Source: Candidatus Rokuibacteriota bacterium (GTDB lineage Bacteria > Methylomirabilota > Methylomirabilia > Rokubacteriales > CSP1-6). From it: a stretch of DNA of 64,000 nucleotides. The translations under genes were made by a program, and so were the position numbers. Positions 33,757 to 43,503 of this stretch are shown piece after piece. Every line of letters starts with the position of its first letter. Within the stretch, counting starts at the first letter, position 1. A model generated the notes under the pieces. The model was not told the DNA's origin, did no database searches, and was given only the letters and a program-made list of their open reading frames with translations. Location of the stretch: NCBI GenBank assembly GCA_016866775.1, contig VGLJ01000006.1:50315-114314 (forward strand), written 5' to 3'.

Positions 33757-34400
33757 GCGGTGGCCTCTTGCTGCGCGCGCAGCAGATCGTAGCGCTTGGC
33801 GATGAAGTAGGCGCAGAGCAGCAGCAGCCCGACGAAGTTCACGAGCAGCGCGGCGCCGATCGCCGACGAGGCGGCGGCCGGTCCGGGCTTGGCGAACGTG
33901 GGCGGCTGGTGGAGCGTGCGCCACCAGTAGACCGAGAAATGCACGAGCGGGATGTTCAACGCGCCGACGATGCCGACGACCGCGGCGAAGCGGGCGCCGC
34001 GCTCGGGATCGTCGGTCATTTGCCGGACGAGCAGGTAGCCGATGAAGATCACGAACACGACGGCGACGCTGGTGAGCCGTGCGTCCCACGTCCACCACGT
34101 CCCCCAGGTCGGCTTGCCCCAGATGGCGCCCGTTGCGATGTTGACGCCGAGGAAGACGACGCCGACTTCCGCCGCGGCGTGCGCCGTCCGGTCCGCGGCC
34201 GGCGCCCGCGACCAGAGATAGGCGACGGAGCCGAGCAGGACCACGAGGAACGCGAGGTAGGCGACCCACACGGCGGGGACGTGCACGTACATGATCCGCT
34301 GCACGTTGCCCTGGGTCATCTCGCGCGGCGCGACGAGGAACGCCATCACGAGCCCGGCGAGCACGCCGAGCATCGCCACCACGCCGAGCCACCGCGTCAT
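33753..34400 (-). CDS. ccmC: Heme exporter protein CcmC
   Basis: ...WGKPTWGTWWTWDARLTS... WWD-like domain. 215 aa. Confidence 0.9.
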   Translation of the reverse strand: MTRWLGVVAMLGVLAGLVMAFLVAPREMTQGNVQRIMYVHVPAVWVAYLAFLVVLLGSVAYLWSRAPAADRTAHAAAEVGVVFLGVNIATGAIWGKPTWGTWWTWDARLTSVAVVFVIFIGYLLVRQMTDDPERGARFAAVVGIVGALNIPLVHFSVYWWRTLHQPPTFAKPGPAAASSAIGAALLVNFVGLLLLCAYFIAKRYDLLRAQQEATA

Positions 34401-34407
34401 CGCGCGC

Positions 34408-35085
34408 TCATCCCTCGAGCAACACGTCGAACGTCAACAGCCCAACCACCACGTAGATGACGTCGGCGGCGACCAGCAGCTTCAGCCAGTGCGACACGAC
34501 GCCGAGCGGCTCTCCGGCGAGCAGCGCCTCGGTCGACTTCACGATCGCGAGGAGCACGGGGACGAGCACCGGCAGCAGCAGCACGGGAAACAGCAGCTCG
34601 CGCGCGCGCACGTGCGCCGTCATCGCGCCGAAGAGCGTGCCGACCGCGGCGATGCCGAGCGTGCCGAGCGCCAGCACGAGGAGCAGCCCGGGCAGCGCGC
34701 GTCCCACGTCGACGTTCATGAACAGCGTGAAGAGCGTGAGCACCACGGCTTCAACCAGCGCCATCAGGAGAAGGTTGCCGGCGAGCTTGCCGACGTAGAC
34801 GGCGCTCTTGTCGCCGGGCGTGAGGAGCAACGCCTCCCAACACTCGTTCTCGCGTTCGAGCACGAAGCTACGCCCGAGCCCGAGCAGCGCGGCGAGCAGC
34901 ACGCCGAGCCACAGCAGCCCCGGCAACACGGACGCGAGGCGGTCGCGATCCGCGCCGAGCGTGAACTCGAAGACGAACAGCAGCAGCACCGAGAAGAAGA
35001 GCACCGCGTTCACGGTCTCCTTCGAGCGCCGCTCCGCGAGCACGTCCTTCCACACCACCGCCCACGCGCGACGCACGAACGTCAC
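34408..35085 (-). CDS. ccmB: Heme exporter protein CcmB
   Basis: VTFVRRAWAVVWKDVLAERRSKETVNAVLFFSVL... GTG overlaps the ccmA TGA. Confidence 0.85.
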   Translation of the reverse strand: MTFVRRAWAVVWKDVLAERRSKETVNAVLFFSVLLLFVFEFTLGADRDRLASVLPGLLWLGVLLAALLGLGRSFVLERENECWEALLLTPGDKSAVYVGKLAGNLLLMALVEAVVLTLFTLFMNVDVGRALPGLLLVLALGTLGIAAVGTLFGAMTAHVRARELLFPVLLLPVLVPVLLAIVKSTEALLAGEPLGVVSHWLKLLVAADVIYVVVGLLTFDVLLEG

Positions 35086-35813
35086 GACGCGTCCTCCGTG
35101 TGCAGCGCGTAGAGGCGATGGATCTCCTCGGCGCCGAGCGTGCCGCGCGGGGTGTCGGCGATGATCCGGCCGTTCGCGAGGATCACGAGGCGCTCGGCGA
35201 CGTCGAGCTCGCGCCCGAACGCGTGCGTCGCCATGAGGATGGCGCCGCCGCCCGCGGTGAAGGCGTGCAGGTATTGCTCGAGCCACTTGCGCGCGCCCTG
35301 GTCGAGGCTCGAGAAGGGTTCGTCGAGCAGCAGCACGCGGGGGCGGGCGAGCAGCATGCGCGCGAGCGACAGCCGGCGCTTCATGCCGGCGGAGAACGTG
35401 CGCACCCGCACGTCGGCGCAGTCGTCGAGCTCGACCTGTGCGAGCGCGCCCTGCAGCGCCTCGGGATCGGGCCGCTCGCCGGCGAAGCGTCGCCAGAACT
35501 TCAAGTTCTCGAGCGCCGTGAGGTCGTCGTAGAGATGCGTGCCGTGCGCGACCAGGCCCACGAGGCCGCGGACGCGCTCCGCCTCGCGCGCGCAGTCGTG
35601 CCCCGCGATCCGCGCGGCGCCGCGCGTGGGCCGCGCGACGGTCGCGAGAATCTTCAGGAGCGTGGTCTTGCCGGCGCCGTTCGGACCGAGCAGCCCGACC
35701 GCCTCTCCGGCGCGAATGCTGAGGTCGACGCCGTCGAGCACGAGGGTGGTCCCAAAAGCTTTCCGGAGGCCGGTGACCTGAATCAGGGCATCAGACGTGG
35801 TCAAGCCGGCCAA
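35082..35813 (-). CDS. ccmA: Heme ABC exporter ATP-binding protein CcmA
   Basis: Walker A GPNGAGKTT. Signature is FSAGMKRRLSLAR. TTG start. Confidence 0.85.
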   Translation of the reverse strand: MAGLTTSDALIQVTGLRKAFGTTLVLDGVDLSIRAGEAVGLLGPNGAGKTTLLKILATVARPTRGAARIAGHDCAREAERVRGLVGLVAHGTHLYDDLTALENLKFWRRFAGERPDPEALQGALAQVELDDCADVRVRTFSAGMKRRLSLARMLLARPRVLLLDEPFSSLDQGARKWLEQYLHAFTAGGGAILMATHAFGRELDVAERLVILANGRIIADTPRGTLGAEEIHRLYALHTEDAS

Positions 35814-36625
35814 TTGTCCCTTAGCGCCACGGAACCGTCAAGAAACGCAGGCGATTTCAGTGCGCCCGCGAGCACGTACAGCACCGCGGCCATTTCGACG
35901 GCGGAGCCGACGCTCCACATCAAGATCCCGCCCCAGCGCTGGTCCTCGACGGGCGAAATGCCCCACGCCGGCGCCGTCGTCGCGTACGTCGCGTAGAGCG
36001 CCTCGGGGCGCGTCGACAGCACGAGCCCGAGCGCCGCGCTCTGCAGCGCGCCGAGCACGAGGTACGCGACGCGCGCGGCGGGATGCGGCAGAGGTGCGAG
36101 GCGCGGTCCGGGCGCGAGCACCGGCCACCAGAAGAGCACCGCTGTCGCAAAAAAAAGAACGTGCTCGGCATCGTGGAGCGCACCGGACCGCAGCGCGGCG
36201 TCGTACGGCCCAGGCAGGTGCCAGAGCCACAGGACGACCGCGTACAGCGGCCACGTCACGGTCATGTGCGTGACGCGCGCGAGCGCGCGACGGAACGGAT
36301 GCCCGCCGACGAAGAGACCGCCGACCGCGCGGCGCACGCGCTCAGGGAGTCCCCACAGCGCGACCGGGAACGGATCGGCGAGGAGCAAGGCCGGCGCCGC
36401 GATCGACACGAGCAGCAGGTGCTGCGCCATGTGCGCGGCGAAGAGCGCGTGACCGAGCTCGTGGACGGCATCCGAGAGCGCGAGGCCGAGCGCGGTGAAC
36501 CCGGCGGCGGCGGCGGTCAGTCTCCCGGCGCCGATCCCGGGCCGGCGGCGTCGCCGCAGGTGCCACGCGCCGCGCAGAAAGAGCGCGACCACGATCGCCA
36601 GCGGCAGCGCGACTTCAACGCGCAC
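35801..36625 (-). CDS. Cytochrome oxidase assembly factor CtaG-like (Caa3_CtaG family membrane protein)
   Basis: ...LSDAVHELGHALFAAHMAQHLLLVSIAAPALL... 8 TM. GTG start. Confidence 0.6.
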   Translation of the reverse strand: MRVEVALPLAIVVALFLRGAWHLRRRRRPGIGAGRLTAAAAGFTALGLALSDAVHELGHALFAAHMAQHLLLVSIAAPALLLADPFPVALWGLPERVRRAVGGLFVGGHPFRRALARVTHMTVTWPLYAVVLWLWHLPGPYDAALRSGALHDAEHVLFFATAVLFWWPVLAPGPRLAPLPHPAARVAYLVLGALQSAALGLVLSTRPEALYATYATTAPAWGISPVEDQRWGGILMWSVGSAVEMAAVLYVLAGALKSPAFLDGSVALRDNWPA

Positions 36626-36747
36626 GGCATCTCGCCGCCGTCGTCAGCGCCACGGCAGCCAGCTCCCCACGACGTTGTAGGCGAGCGTGCCGAGCAGCAC
36701 CGCGACGTTCAGCCAGGAGAGCGCGATGAGGCATCGCTCGGGCACGC

Positions 36748-36912
36748 TCAGTCTCCGAGGCCGGGGCCGAGCCCGCCCCAGTACAGGACGAGGTACGCCG
36801 CCGACCAGATCACGAGGACGACGTAGACGACGATCAGCCAGCGGTTGACGCGGCCGTGGCGCGAGCTGATCTCGCCCTGCGCGTACTCCTGGAGGTCGTC
36901 GTCCCTACTCAT
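36748..36912 (-). CDS. Small single-TM protein (54 aa), possible cbb3 oxidase small subunit (CcoQ/FixQ-like)
   Basis: MSRDDDLQEYAQGEISSRHGRVNRWLIVVYVVLVIWSAAYLVLYW. The ATG overlaps the preceding stop. Confidence 0.4.
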   Translation of the reverse strand: MSRDDDLQEYAQGEISSRHGRVNRWLIVVYVVLVIWSAAYLVLYWGGLGPGLGD

Positions 36913-37097
36913 GAAGATGGGGGCCCCACTTCCGAGGACCCCCAACCCCCCTCGCCTTCCACGCGCAGCACGTCGTGCTTGACGTCCTCGACATGCCGAA
37001 ACGCGCCGGTCGCCACGCCCCAGACGAACGCGCACAGCGCGGCGACGGCCATCAGCGACGCGACGACGAACTCGCCGAGCGTGAGGTACTCGAGCAT
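36909..37097 (-). CDS. CcoS/FixS-like cbb3 oxidase maturation protein (small)
   Basis: MLEYLTLGEFVVASLMAVAALCAFVWGVATGAFRHVEDVKHDVL follows the CcoS pattern AF.W....G.F.D.E.....IL. Confidence 0.45.
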   Translation of the reverse strand: MLEYLTLGEFVVASLMAVAALCAFVWGVATGAFRHVEDVKHDVLRVEGEGGWGSSEVGPPSS

Positions 37098-38725
37098 CAG
37101 TCGGCGATCCCCGGGTAGTACGGCCGCCGCGTGCCGGCGACGGCGGCGTCGCCGCTCGCGCTCCACGCGCGGCGCGGATGATCGGCGGCGACGGCGGCGG
37201 AGTTGAGCGCGTCGCGCGCCGCGCGCGGCAACGGGAGCTTTTCTCCGGTCAGCGGATCCGCCCAGGCGGAGAGCGACAGCACGAAGTAGGAGATCGCCCA
37301 GCGCTCGTCGTCGGTCATGGTGTCGGCGAACGACGGCATCGGCGTGCCGTCGAGACCGTTCGTCATCGTGCGGAACACGTCCACCACGTGCGCGCCGCCC
37401 TTGAGCTGGCCGCGCGTGAAGTCGGTCGGGCGGATCGGGCGGTCGAGGTCGTCCTTCAGCTGCGTGGCGGACGGGCCGTCACCGCGGCCGCGCTCGCCGT
37501 GGCACTCCCAGCACTTCGCGCTGACGTAGAGCTCTCGGCCGCGCGCGACGAGGTCGGGGCGGGCGGTCGGCGCGCTCGTCACCAGCGCGGGCTCGAGCTT
37601 CTCCTCTTTCCAGCGCTTCGAGAACGTCTTGATGAACGCGACGACCGCGAGCCGGTCTTTCTCGGGCAGCTCATGCCACGTGGGCATCGCGGTCCAGCGC
37701 ACGCCGCGCGTGACGGTGCGGTAGAGGTCGCCGTCGGTCGGCAGCGTGCCCGACGGCGTGCTGCGGAACTTGAAGACCGCGGCGGTGAAGTCGCGCGGCC
37801 GCGGCGAGAGGAACGTCGCCGCCGCGCCGTTGCCGTCGCCGGCAGCGCCGTGGCAGCCGATGCAGCGCTGCGTGTAGACGGCGCGGCCGCGGTCGACGAG
37901 GTCGCCGCGGTCGGGCACGGTCATCGCGCTGATTGCGACCGTCTGCGGTTCGAAGACGTCACGCCACGCGCCGCGGTTCGTGCCCAGCTTCTGCAGGTAG
38001 CGCACGAGGTCCACGAGGTCGGCGGTCGGCGTCACGAGACGCAGCGTCGCCGGCGGCGTCTTGAGATGGCTCGCGTCGATGGTCGGCGCGCCGTCGATGG
38101 GCAGCGCGCCCGTCGGCGCCGGCGGCACGAACGTGAGCCCCGACGCGTCCGGCACGAGCAGGATCGGACGGTCGGCGCGGAACGTGAACCAGCGCCGCAG
38201 CTCCGCGGTCGCCTCGACGCGCACGCCGTCGCCCTCGCGGCGCGCGTCCGCCGTCGTCTGGCGGAAGAGCCACTGGAAGCGCGGCATGATCGAGTCGGGG
38301 ACGACGAGGGTGGGATCCCAGTGATGCGCGTAGTGCCAGTCGTCCGAGAATTTCAGCCCGATGCGGGTGAGATCCGGGCCGATCCGCCGGGTCGAGAAGA
38401 GGTGCGGGAGATCGTAGGCGTACTCACCGGCTTCCGATACCGGTCCCCAGCGCAAGTCTTCCTTCGTCACCGGCCGCACGTACTGGCTGTGGCAATACCA
38501 GCAGCCTTCGCGGATGTACACGCGCCGGCCGCGCGCCTGCGCGCCCGTGTAGTCGACGGCGTCGGTGCGGACCCACTTCACGTCGCCGAGCTCCGTGCGG
38601 ACCGCGCGGGTCACGCGTGTGGAGCGCGACTCGGGGATCAGCGCCGGGAGCACGCCCTGCACGATCATGGCGAGCGTCACGCACGCGAACCCCGCGCCGA
38701 CGGCCAGCGACGCGATCGACCTCAC
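37097..38725 (-). CDS. cbb3-type cytochrome c oxidase fused subunit CcoO-CcoP (monoheme plus diheme c)
   Basis: GTG start overlapping the ccoN TGA. CcoO-like CWYCHSQYVRP, then CIGCHGAAGDG and CWECHGERGRG heme c motifs. 542 aa. Confidence 0.8.
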   Translation of the reverse strand: MRSIASLAVGAGFACVTLAMIVQGVLPALIPESRSTRVTRAVRTELGDVKWVRTDAVDYTGAQARGRRVYIREGCWYCHSQYVRPVTKEDLRWGPVSEAGEYAYDLPHLFSTRRIGPDLTRIGLKFSDDWHYAHHWDPTLVVPDSIMPRFQWLFRQTTADARREGDGVRVEATAELRRWFTFRADRPILLVPDASGLTFVPPAPTGALPIDGAPTIDASHLKTPPATLRLVTPTADLVDLVRYLQKLGTNRGAWRDVFEPQTVAISAMTVPDRGDLVDRGRAVYTQRCIGCHGAAGDGNGAAATFLSPRPRDFTAAVFKFRSTPSGTLPTDGDLYRTVTRGVRWTAMPTWHELPEKDRLAVVAFIKTFSKRWKEEKLEPALVTSAPTARPDLVARGRELYVSAKCWECHGERGRGDGPSATQLKDDLDRPIRPTDFTRGQLKGGAHVVDVFRTMTNGLDGTPMPSFADTMTDDERWAISYFVLSLSAWADPLTGEKLPLPRAARDALNSAAVAADHPRRAWSASGDAAVAGTRRPYYPGIAD

Positions 38726-40080
38726 GCCGGCCTCGCGAGCGAGCCGCGCACGAGTGTCAGGATCACCAGCGAGATCCCGAGGTCCATCACGATGCCCGTC
38801 ACCGTGCGCACCCACCAGAACGGGCGCATCGCGTTGACGGAATCCATCCAGTCCGCCTGCGCGATCAGCATGAAGCCCTGCTGCAGGCCCTGCGCCGTGA
38901 GGACGAGGACCATCGCGACGATGCCGGTGGTGATGAGCCAGAAGCCCGCGTTGGCGACGCGGAAGCTCGACGGCGACGAGCGCGTGACGCGCGGCCAGAC
39001 GTAGACGACGCCCGCGATCGCCCACATCACGAACGTGCCGAAGACGGTGATGTGCGCGTGGCCGACGACGAAGTCGGTGAAGTGCGTCGGCTGCTGGAGC
39101 GCGCGCAGCGCCTCGACCGAGCCCTGGAAGCAGCCGATCAGGTAGAGGACCGACCCGACGATGAGGAACTTCGCCGGCAGGTTGGTGCCGAGCTCGCGCC
39201 AGCGCCCGGTCATCGTGCCGAAGAAGTTCTGCAGCACGGTCCACACGGGGACGATCAGCATCATCGAGGAGACGATGGCGATCGTCTCCGCCCAGTCGGC
39301 GATCGGCGAGTACAGATAGTGGTGGATGCCGACGAACGGATAGAAGAACGCGAGCGACCAGAAGCCGATCAGCGACAGCCGGTGGCTGTAGATCGGCGCG
39401 CGGACGCTGGCGGGCAGGAAGAAGTAGATGAGCACGTAGCCGGCGGGCGTGATCCAGAGGCCGACGATGTAGTGGAGGAAGAGCCCGTGCCACGCGGCGT
39501 TGTTGATGCCGGCGAGGTGCGTCGGGCCGAGCATCAGCAGCAGCAGGTTCGCGTCGGTCCACACGAGCGCGGCGATCAGGTACCAGAGCGAGACGTAGAG
39601 CGGCGGCGTGACGCGCCGGTGGATGGTGACGAGGCACTGCGCGGTGAGCACGAGCAGCGCGAGGAACAGCACGATCACGTTCACCAGCGGCAGCTCGCCG
39701 ACTTCCCAGCCGCGGTTCCAGCCGAGGCCGATCAGCACGACGAACACGACGAGGTTCGCGTTCCAGACCCACAGGAGCGGGCGGCTCCACCTGGCGCCGG
39801 CGAGCGGCACGCCCGCGAGGCGCGGCACCACGTAGTGGACGAGCCCGATGAAGATGGTCGAGAACGCGCCCCAGATGACGCCGTTGACGTGGATCGGCCT
39901 GAGCCGTCCGAACGTGAGCCACGAAATGTCGCCGAGGAACCCGGGATGGTTGAACTTCGTCGAGACGAGCGCGCCGATGGTCGGGAAGACCAGCAGCCAC
40001 ACGAGCCCCGCGGCGAGCCAGGCGCGGACGGTGTCGGGGTCGATCAGCGCGTCGTTGCGGACAACCGGGTCGGAGGTCAC
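38722..40080 (-). CDS. ccoN: cbb3-type cytochrome c oxidase subunit I (CcoN)
   Basis: 452 aa. 12 TM heme-copper oxidase C-family with ...HYLYSPIADW...GHAHITVFG... Confidence 0.9.
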   Translation of the reverse strand: MTSDPVVRNDALIDPDTVRAWLAAGLVWLLVFPTIGALVSTKFNHPGFLGDISWLTFGRLRPIHVNGVIWGAFSTIFIGLVHYVVPRLAGVPLAGARWSRPLLWVWNANLVVFVVLIGLGWNRGWEVGELPLVNVIVLFLALLVLTAQCLVTIHRRVTPPLYVSLWYLIAALVWTDANLLLLMLGPTHLAGINNAAWHGLFLHYIVGLWITPAGYVLIYFFLPASVRAPIYSHRLSLIGFWSLAFFYPFVGIHHYLYSPIADWAETIAIVSSMMLIVPVWTVLQNFFGTMTGRWRELGTNLPAKFLIVGSVLYLIGCFQGSVEALRALQQPTHFTDFVVGHAHITVFGTFVMWAIAGVVYVWPRVTRSSPSSFRVANAGFWLITTGIVAMVLVLTAQGLQQGFMLIAQADWMDSVNAMRPFWWVRTVTGIVMDLGISLVILTLVRGSLARPA

Positions 40081-40131
40081 AGCCGTCCTATCGTGCGCCA
40101 GTGGTCAAGCCTCCGGCGCTAGACTCAGGGC

Positions 40132-40596
40132 ATGCGCACCCGTCACGTCGTGCTCCATCTGGCCGTCGTGCTCGCCCTGGCGATTCCGTCATTCGCCGTT
40201 GCCCAGGGGCCGTCGACGTGCGCGCCGACCGCGCCGGACATGCTCGGCCCGTTCTACAAGGCCGGCGCGCCCGAGCGCAGCAAGACCGGAGACGGACTCA
40301 CCGTGAAGGGCGCCGTCCGGTCGGCGCGCGGGTGCGCCGCCTTGCCGCGGGCGAAGCTCGAGTGGTGGGCGGCCAATCCCGGCGGCGAGTACGACGACGC
40401 GCACCGCGCGACGCAGGTCACGGACGGGCAGGGCGGCTTCGTCTACGTGACCGACGTGCCCGGCAGATACCCCGGCCGCCCCGTGCATCTGCACGTGAAG
40501 GTCACCGCGCCGGGCCATAAGTCACTTGTGACGCAGGTCTATCCAAAACCCGGCCAAAATTCGGTCCTGTTCGACTTCGTCCTCCAGCCCGAATAA
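40132..40596 (+). CDS. Secreted intradiol ring-cleavage dioxygenase-like domain protein
   Basis: Signal peptide, then MLGPFYKAGAPERSKTGDGLTVKGAVR...KLEWWAANPGGEYDD..., which matches the dioxygenase_C fold pattern (GPFY). Confidence 0.6.
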   Translation: MRTRHVVLHLAVVLALAIPSFAVAQGPSTCAPTAPDMLGPFYKAGAPERSKTGDGLTVKGAVRSARGCAALPRAKLEWWAANPGGEYDDAHRATQVTDGQGGFVYVTDVPGRYPGRPVHLHVKVTAPGHKSLVTQVYPKPGQNSVLFDFVLQPE

Positions 40597-40730
40597 CCCC
40601 GACCCACCGGATTGCACCGCCCACGATGAAGCCGCTTCGCGGGTGGTTTGGCCACCTCGATGGCTTTTGATCGTCGGATGAGCGGCCTCGGGTCGTGGGA
40701 CTTCACTGGGCGACTTCGGGCGGTGGGGGT

Positions 40731-40762
40731 ATCGGGGGGAGCGTCTTGACGCTCCCCCCGAT
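40731..40762. terminator. Perfect 15-bp inverted repeat (2-nt spacer) between convergent genes. No flanking U-tract.
   Basis: ATCGGGGGGAGCGTCttGACGCTCCCCCCGAT. Confidence 0.4.
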
Positions 40763-40781
40763 GTCAATCAATCGCGCGCGT

Positions 40782-41627
40782 CTAGATCCTCATCTCGCGC
40801 AGTCGCGCGATCCGATCCTCGAGCGGCGGGTGCGTGCTGAACAAGCTCGCGAAGCTCCGTCCGCTCAAGGGATTCACGATGAACAGGTGCGCCGTCGCCG
40901 GGTTCGCCTGCATCGGCACGACCTGCTGCGCCATGTGCAGCTTCTCGAGCGCCTTGGCGAGGCCCCACGTCTTGCCCGCGAGGCGTGCGCCCGTCGCGTC
41001 CGCCTGGTACTCGCGCGCGCGCGACACGGCCATCTGGACGAGCATCGCGGCGATCGGCGCGAGGATCGCCATGACGATGGCGGCGACCGGATTGGTGCCC
41101 TCCTCGTCGTCGTGGCCGCGGCCGCCGAACATCGCCGCCCATTGCGCCATGTGCGCGAGGTAGGTGATGGCGCCGGCCAGCGTCGCGGCGATCGTCGAGA
41201 TCAGCACGTCGCGGTTCTTCACGTGGGCGAGCTCGTGCGCCAGCACGCCCTCGAGCTCCTCCTCGTCGAGGATCCGCATGATGCCTTCGGTGACGGCGAT
41301 GACCGCGTGCTCGGGGTTGCGCCCGGTCGCGAACGCGTTCGGCGTGTCGGTCGGGATCAGGTAGACGCGCGGCATCGGGATCTGGGCGCGCGTCACGAGG
41401 CGCCGGACCATGCTGTAGAGCTGCGGCGCCGATGCCTCGTCGACCGGCTGCGCCTGGTACATGGCCAGGACGATCCGGTCCGAGAACCAGTAGCTGAAGA
41501 AGTTCATCACGATCGCGAAGAAGAACGCGACGACCATGCCCTGCTGCCCGCCGATCGCGCCGCCGATGAGGACCAGCATGGCGGTGAGGACGGCGAGGAG
41601 CAGACCGGTCTTGAAGATGTTCGACAT
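40782..41627 (-). CDS. htpX: Zinc metalloprotease HtpX (M48)
   Basis: [14 protein letters not shown]... with [10 protein letters not shown] (HExxH) and 4 TM. Confidence 0.85.
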   Translation of the reverse strand: MSNIFKTGLLLAVLTAMLVLIGGAIGGQQGMVVAFFFAIVMNFFSYWFSDRIVLAMYQAQPVDEASAPQLYSMVRRLVTRAQIPMPRVYLIPTDTPNAFATGRNPEHAVIAVTEGIMRILDEEELEGVLAHELAHVKNRDVLISTIAATLAGAITYLAHMAQWAAMFGGRGHDDEEGTNPVAAIVMAILAPIAAMLVQMAVSRAREYQADATGARLAGKTWGLAKALEKLHMAQQVVPMQANPATAHLFIVNPLSGRSFASLFSTHPPLEDRIARLREMRI

Positions 41628-41706
41628 GAGTGGTGACCCCCTCATTGAGACGCGTGACGGCGGTCGAACGTCACACTAGCAGAGCGGTTTTCGGGGGTCA
41701 AATGCC

Positions 41707-41735
41707 TTGACTTGCCCGGACCCCGTCGATATACT
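41707..41735 (+). promoter_or_regulatory. Consensus-like sigma70 promoter (TTGACT, 17 nt, TATACT) for the yceD-rpmF-plsX-fab operon
   Basis: ccTTGACTtgcccggaccccgtcgaTATACTggcc lies 47 nt upstream of the YceD start. Confidence 0.55.
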
Positions 41736-41781
41736 GGCCCGGTTCAAAGCGGATTTTGCTTTTGTTTGTACGAAGTTACAC

Positions 41782-42288
41782 ATGATCATCCGAGTCTCCG
41801 AGCTTCCCGACGAGGGCCTTTCGATCGACGAGACCGCATACGCGGCATCGCCGTACGCCGACTCCGCCTGGCGCCTCGACCGGCTGCAGCTCCAGGTCAC
41901 CAGAGACGGCGACGAGGTCGACGTCATCGGCCAGATCCGGGGCACCGTTCCGCAGACGTGCGGGCGGTGCACGGAGAGCTTCACGAGCCCCGTGACGGCG
42001 GACGTTTCCCTCCGGTTCGCGCCGAAGCCGGCACGCGTGGACAACGCGGAGCTGGGGCGGGACGACCTCGACACCGACTTCTACGTCGACGATCAGATCG
42101 ATCTCGATCGCCTGATCGAGACCGAAACCACGCTCGCGCTGCCGATGAAGCCGCTCTGCGACCCCGGCTGTCGTGGTATTTGCCTGGTGTGCGGCGCGAA
42201 CCGGAACGTGACCGCGTGCCCCTGCCCCGAGCGCGCGCCGGACTCGCGCCTGGCCGTCTTGAAGACCCTCACCGAACGGAAATCGTAA
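41782..42288 (+). CDS. yceD: YceD/DUF177 family protein
   Basis: MIIRVSELPDEGLSIDE... with C-terminal CxxC...CxxC. It precedes rpmF. Confidence 0.8.
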   Translation: MIIRVSELPDEGLSIDETAYAASPYADSAWRLDRLQLQVTRDGDEVDVIGQIRGTVPQTCGRCTESFTSPVTADVSLRFAPKPARVDNAELGRDDLDTDFYVDDQIDLDRLIETETTLALPMKPLCDPGCRGICLVCGANRNVTACPCPERAPDSRLAVLKTLTERKS

Positions 42289-42297
42289 GGAGACTCC

Positions 42298-42480
42298 ATG
42301 CCGCTGCCGAAGAGACGCCATTCGAAGACGCGCGGGCGCAAGCGCCGCACGCATTACAAGCTGGCCGCTCCCACGCGGTCCGTGTGCCCGCAATGCCGCG
42401 AGGCGAAGCTGCCTCACCGGATCTGCCCGCACTGCGGGTACTACAAGGGCCGGGAGATCGTCGCGGTCGAAGGCGCGTAG
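42298..42480 (+). CDS. rpmF: 50S ribosomal protein L32
   Basis: MPLPKRRHSKTRGRKRRTHYKL...CPQCRE...CPHCGYY. Confidence 0.95.
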   Translation: MPLPKRRHSKTRGRKRRTHYKLAAPTRSVCPQCREAKLPHRICPHCGYYKGREIVAVEGA

Positions 42481-43503
42481 GTGAAGATCGCCGTTGATGC
42501 CATGGGAGGGGACCACGGTCCCGCCGTGGTCGTCGAAGGGGCGGCCGCCGCGGTCCGCGAGTTCGGCGCCTCCGTCGTGCTCGTGGGCGACAAGGCGGCG
42601 ATCGAGCACGAGCTGAGCCGCCTCGGCAACCCCGCCGGTGTCGAGGTCCGGCACGCCTCGCAGGTCGTCGGCATGGGCGAGAGCCCGTCCCAGGCGCTAC
42701 GCCGCAAGCGAGACTCCTCGCTGCGGATCGCCGCGGAGCTCGTGCGCGACGGCGAGGCCAGCGCGTTCATCTCGGCCGGCAACACCGGCGCCGCGATGGC
42801 CGTCGCGATGTTCGTCGTCGGCGTGCTGCGTGGCGTCGATCGGCCCGCCATCGCGGCGGTCCTGCCGAACCTCAAAGGCTTCTCCGTCCTGCTGGACGTC
42901 GGCGCCAACGTCGAGCCGAAGCCGTGGCACCTGTTCCAGTTCGCGGTCATGGGCCACGTCTACGCGCGCGACATCCTCGGCATCGACCGGCCGCGCGTGG
43001 GGCTCCTCTCCGTGGGCGAGGAAGAGGGCAAGGGCAACGAGCTCACGAAGGAAGCGTACGAGCAGCTCAAGGACTCGTCGCTGAACTTCCTCGGGAACGT
43101 CGAGGGCCGCGACCTCTACAACGGGCATTGCGACGTGATCGTCGCCGACGGCTTCACCGGCAACGTCGCGCTGAAGATCTCCGAGAGCCTCGCGGAGATG
43201 TTCGGCGCGATGATTCGCGAGGAGCTGATGCGGAACGTCCGCTCGAAGCTCGCCGCCGCGCTCGCGAAGCCCGCGTTCGATCGCGTCAAGAAGCGCCTCG
43301 ACTACACGGAGCTGGGCGGGGCGCCCCTGCTCGGCATCGACGGCGGGGCGATCATCTGCCACGGCGCGTCGCCGGTGAAGGCGATCAAGAACGCGGTCCG
43401 CCTGGCCGGAGAGTGGGCGAAGGCGGGGCTCAACGACCACATCAAGACGGCGCTCGAAAACGAGATCGCACGCGGGAACCTGGACGAAGGGAGCCGCGGA
43501 TGA
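42481..43503 (+). CDS. plsX: Phosphate acyltransferase PlsX
   Basis: VKIAVDAMGGDHGP... 340 aa. Confidence 0.95.
   Translation: MKIAVDAMGGDHGPAVVVEGAAAAVREFGASVVLVGDKAAIEHELSRLGNPAGVEVRHASQVVGMGESPSQALRRKRDSSLRIAAELVRDGEASAFISAGNTGAAMAVAMFVVGVLRGVDRPAIAAVLPNLKGFSVLLDVGANVEPKPWHLFQFAVMGHVYARDILGIDRPRVGLLSVGEEEGKGNELTKEAYEQLKDSSLNFLGNVEGRDLYNGHCDVIVADGFTGNVALKISESLAEMFGAMIREELMRNVRSKLAAALAKPAFDRVKKRLDYTELGGAPLLGIDGGAIICHGASPVKAIKNAVRLAGEWAKAGLNDHIKTALENEIARGNLDEGSRG

Noticed and set aside
36083-37166. Additional plus-strand ORFs across the ctaG/CcoS region
   Set aside because: Low-complexity Arg/Pro-rich translations antisense to well-supported membrane-protein genes.
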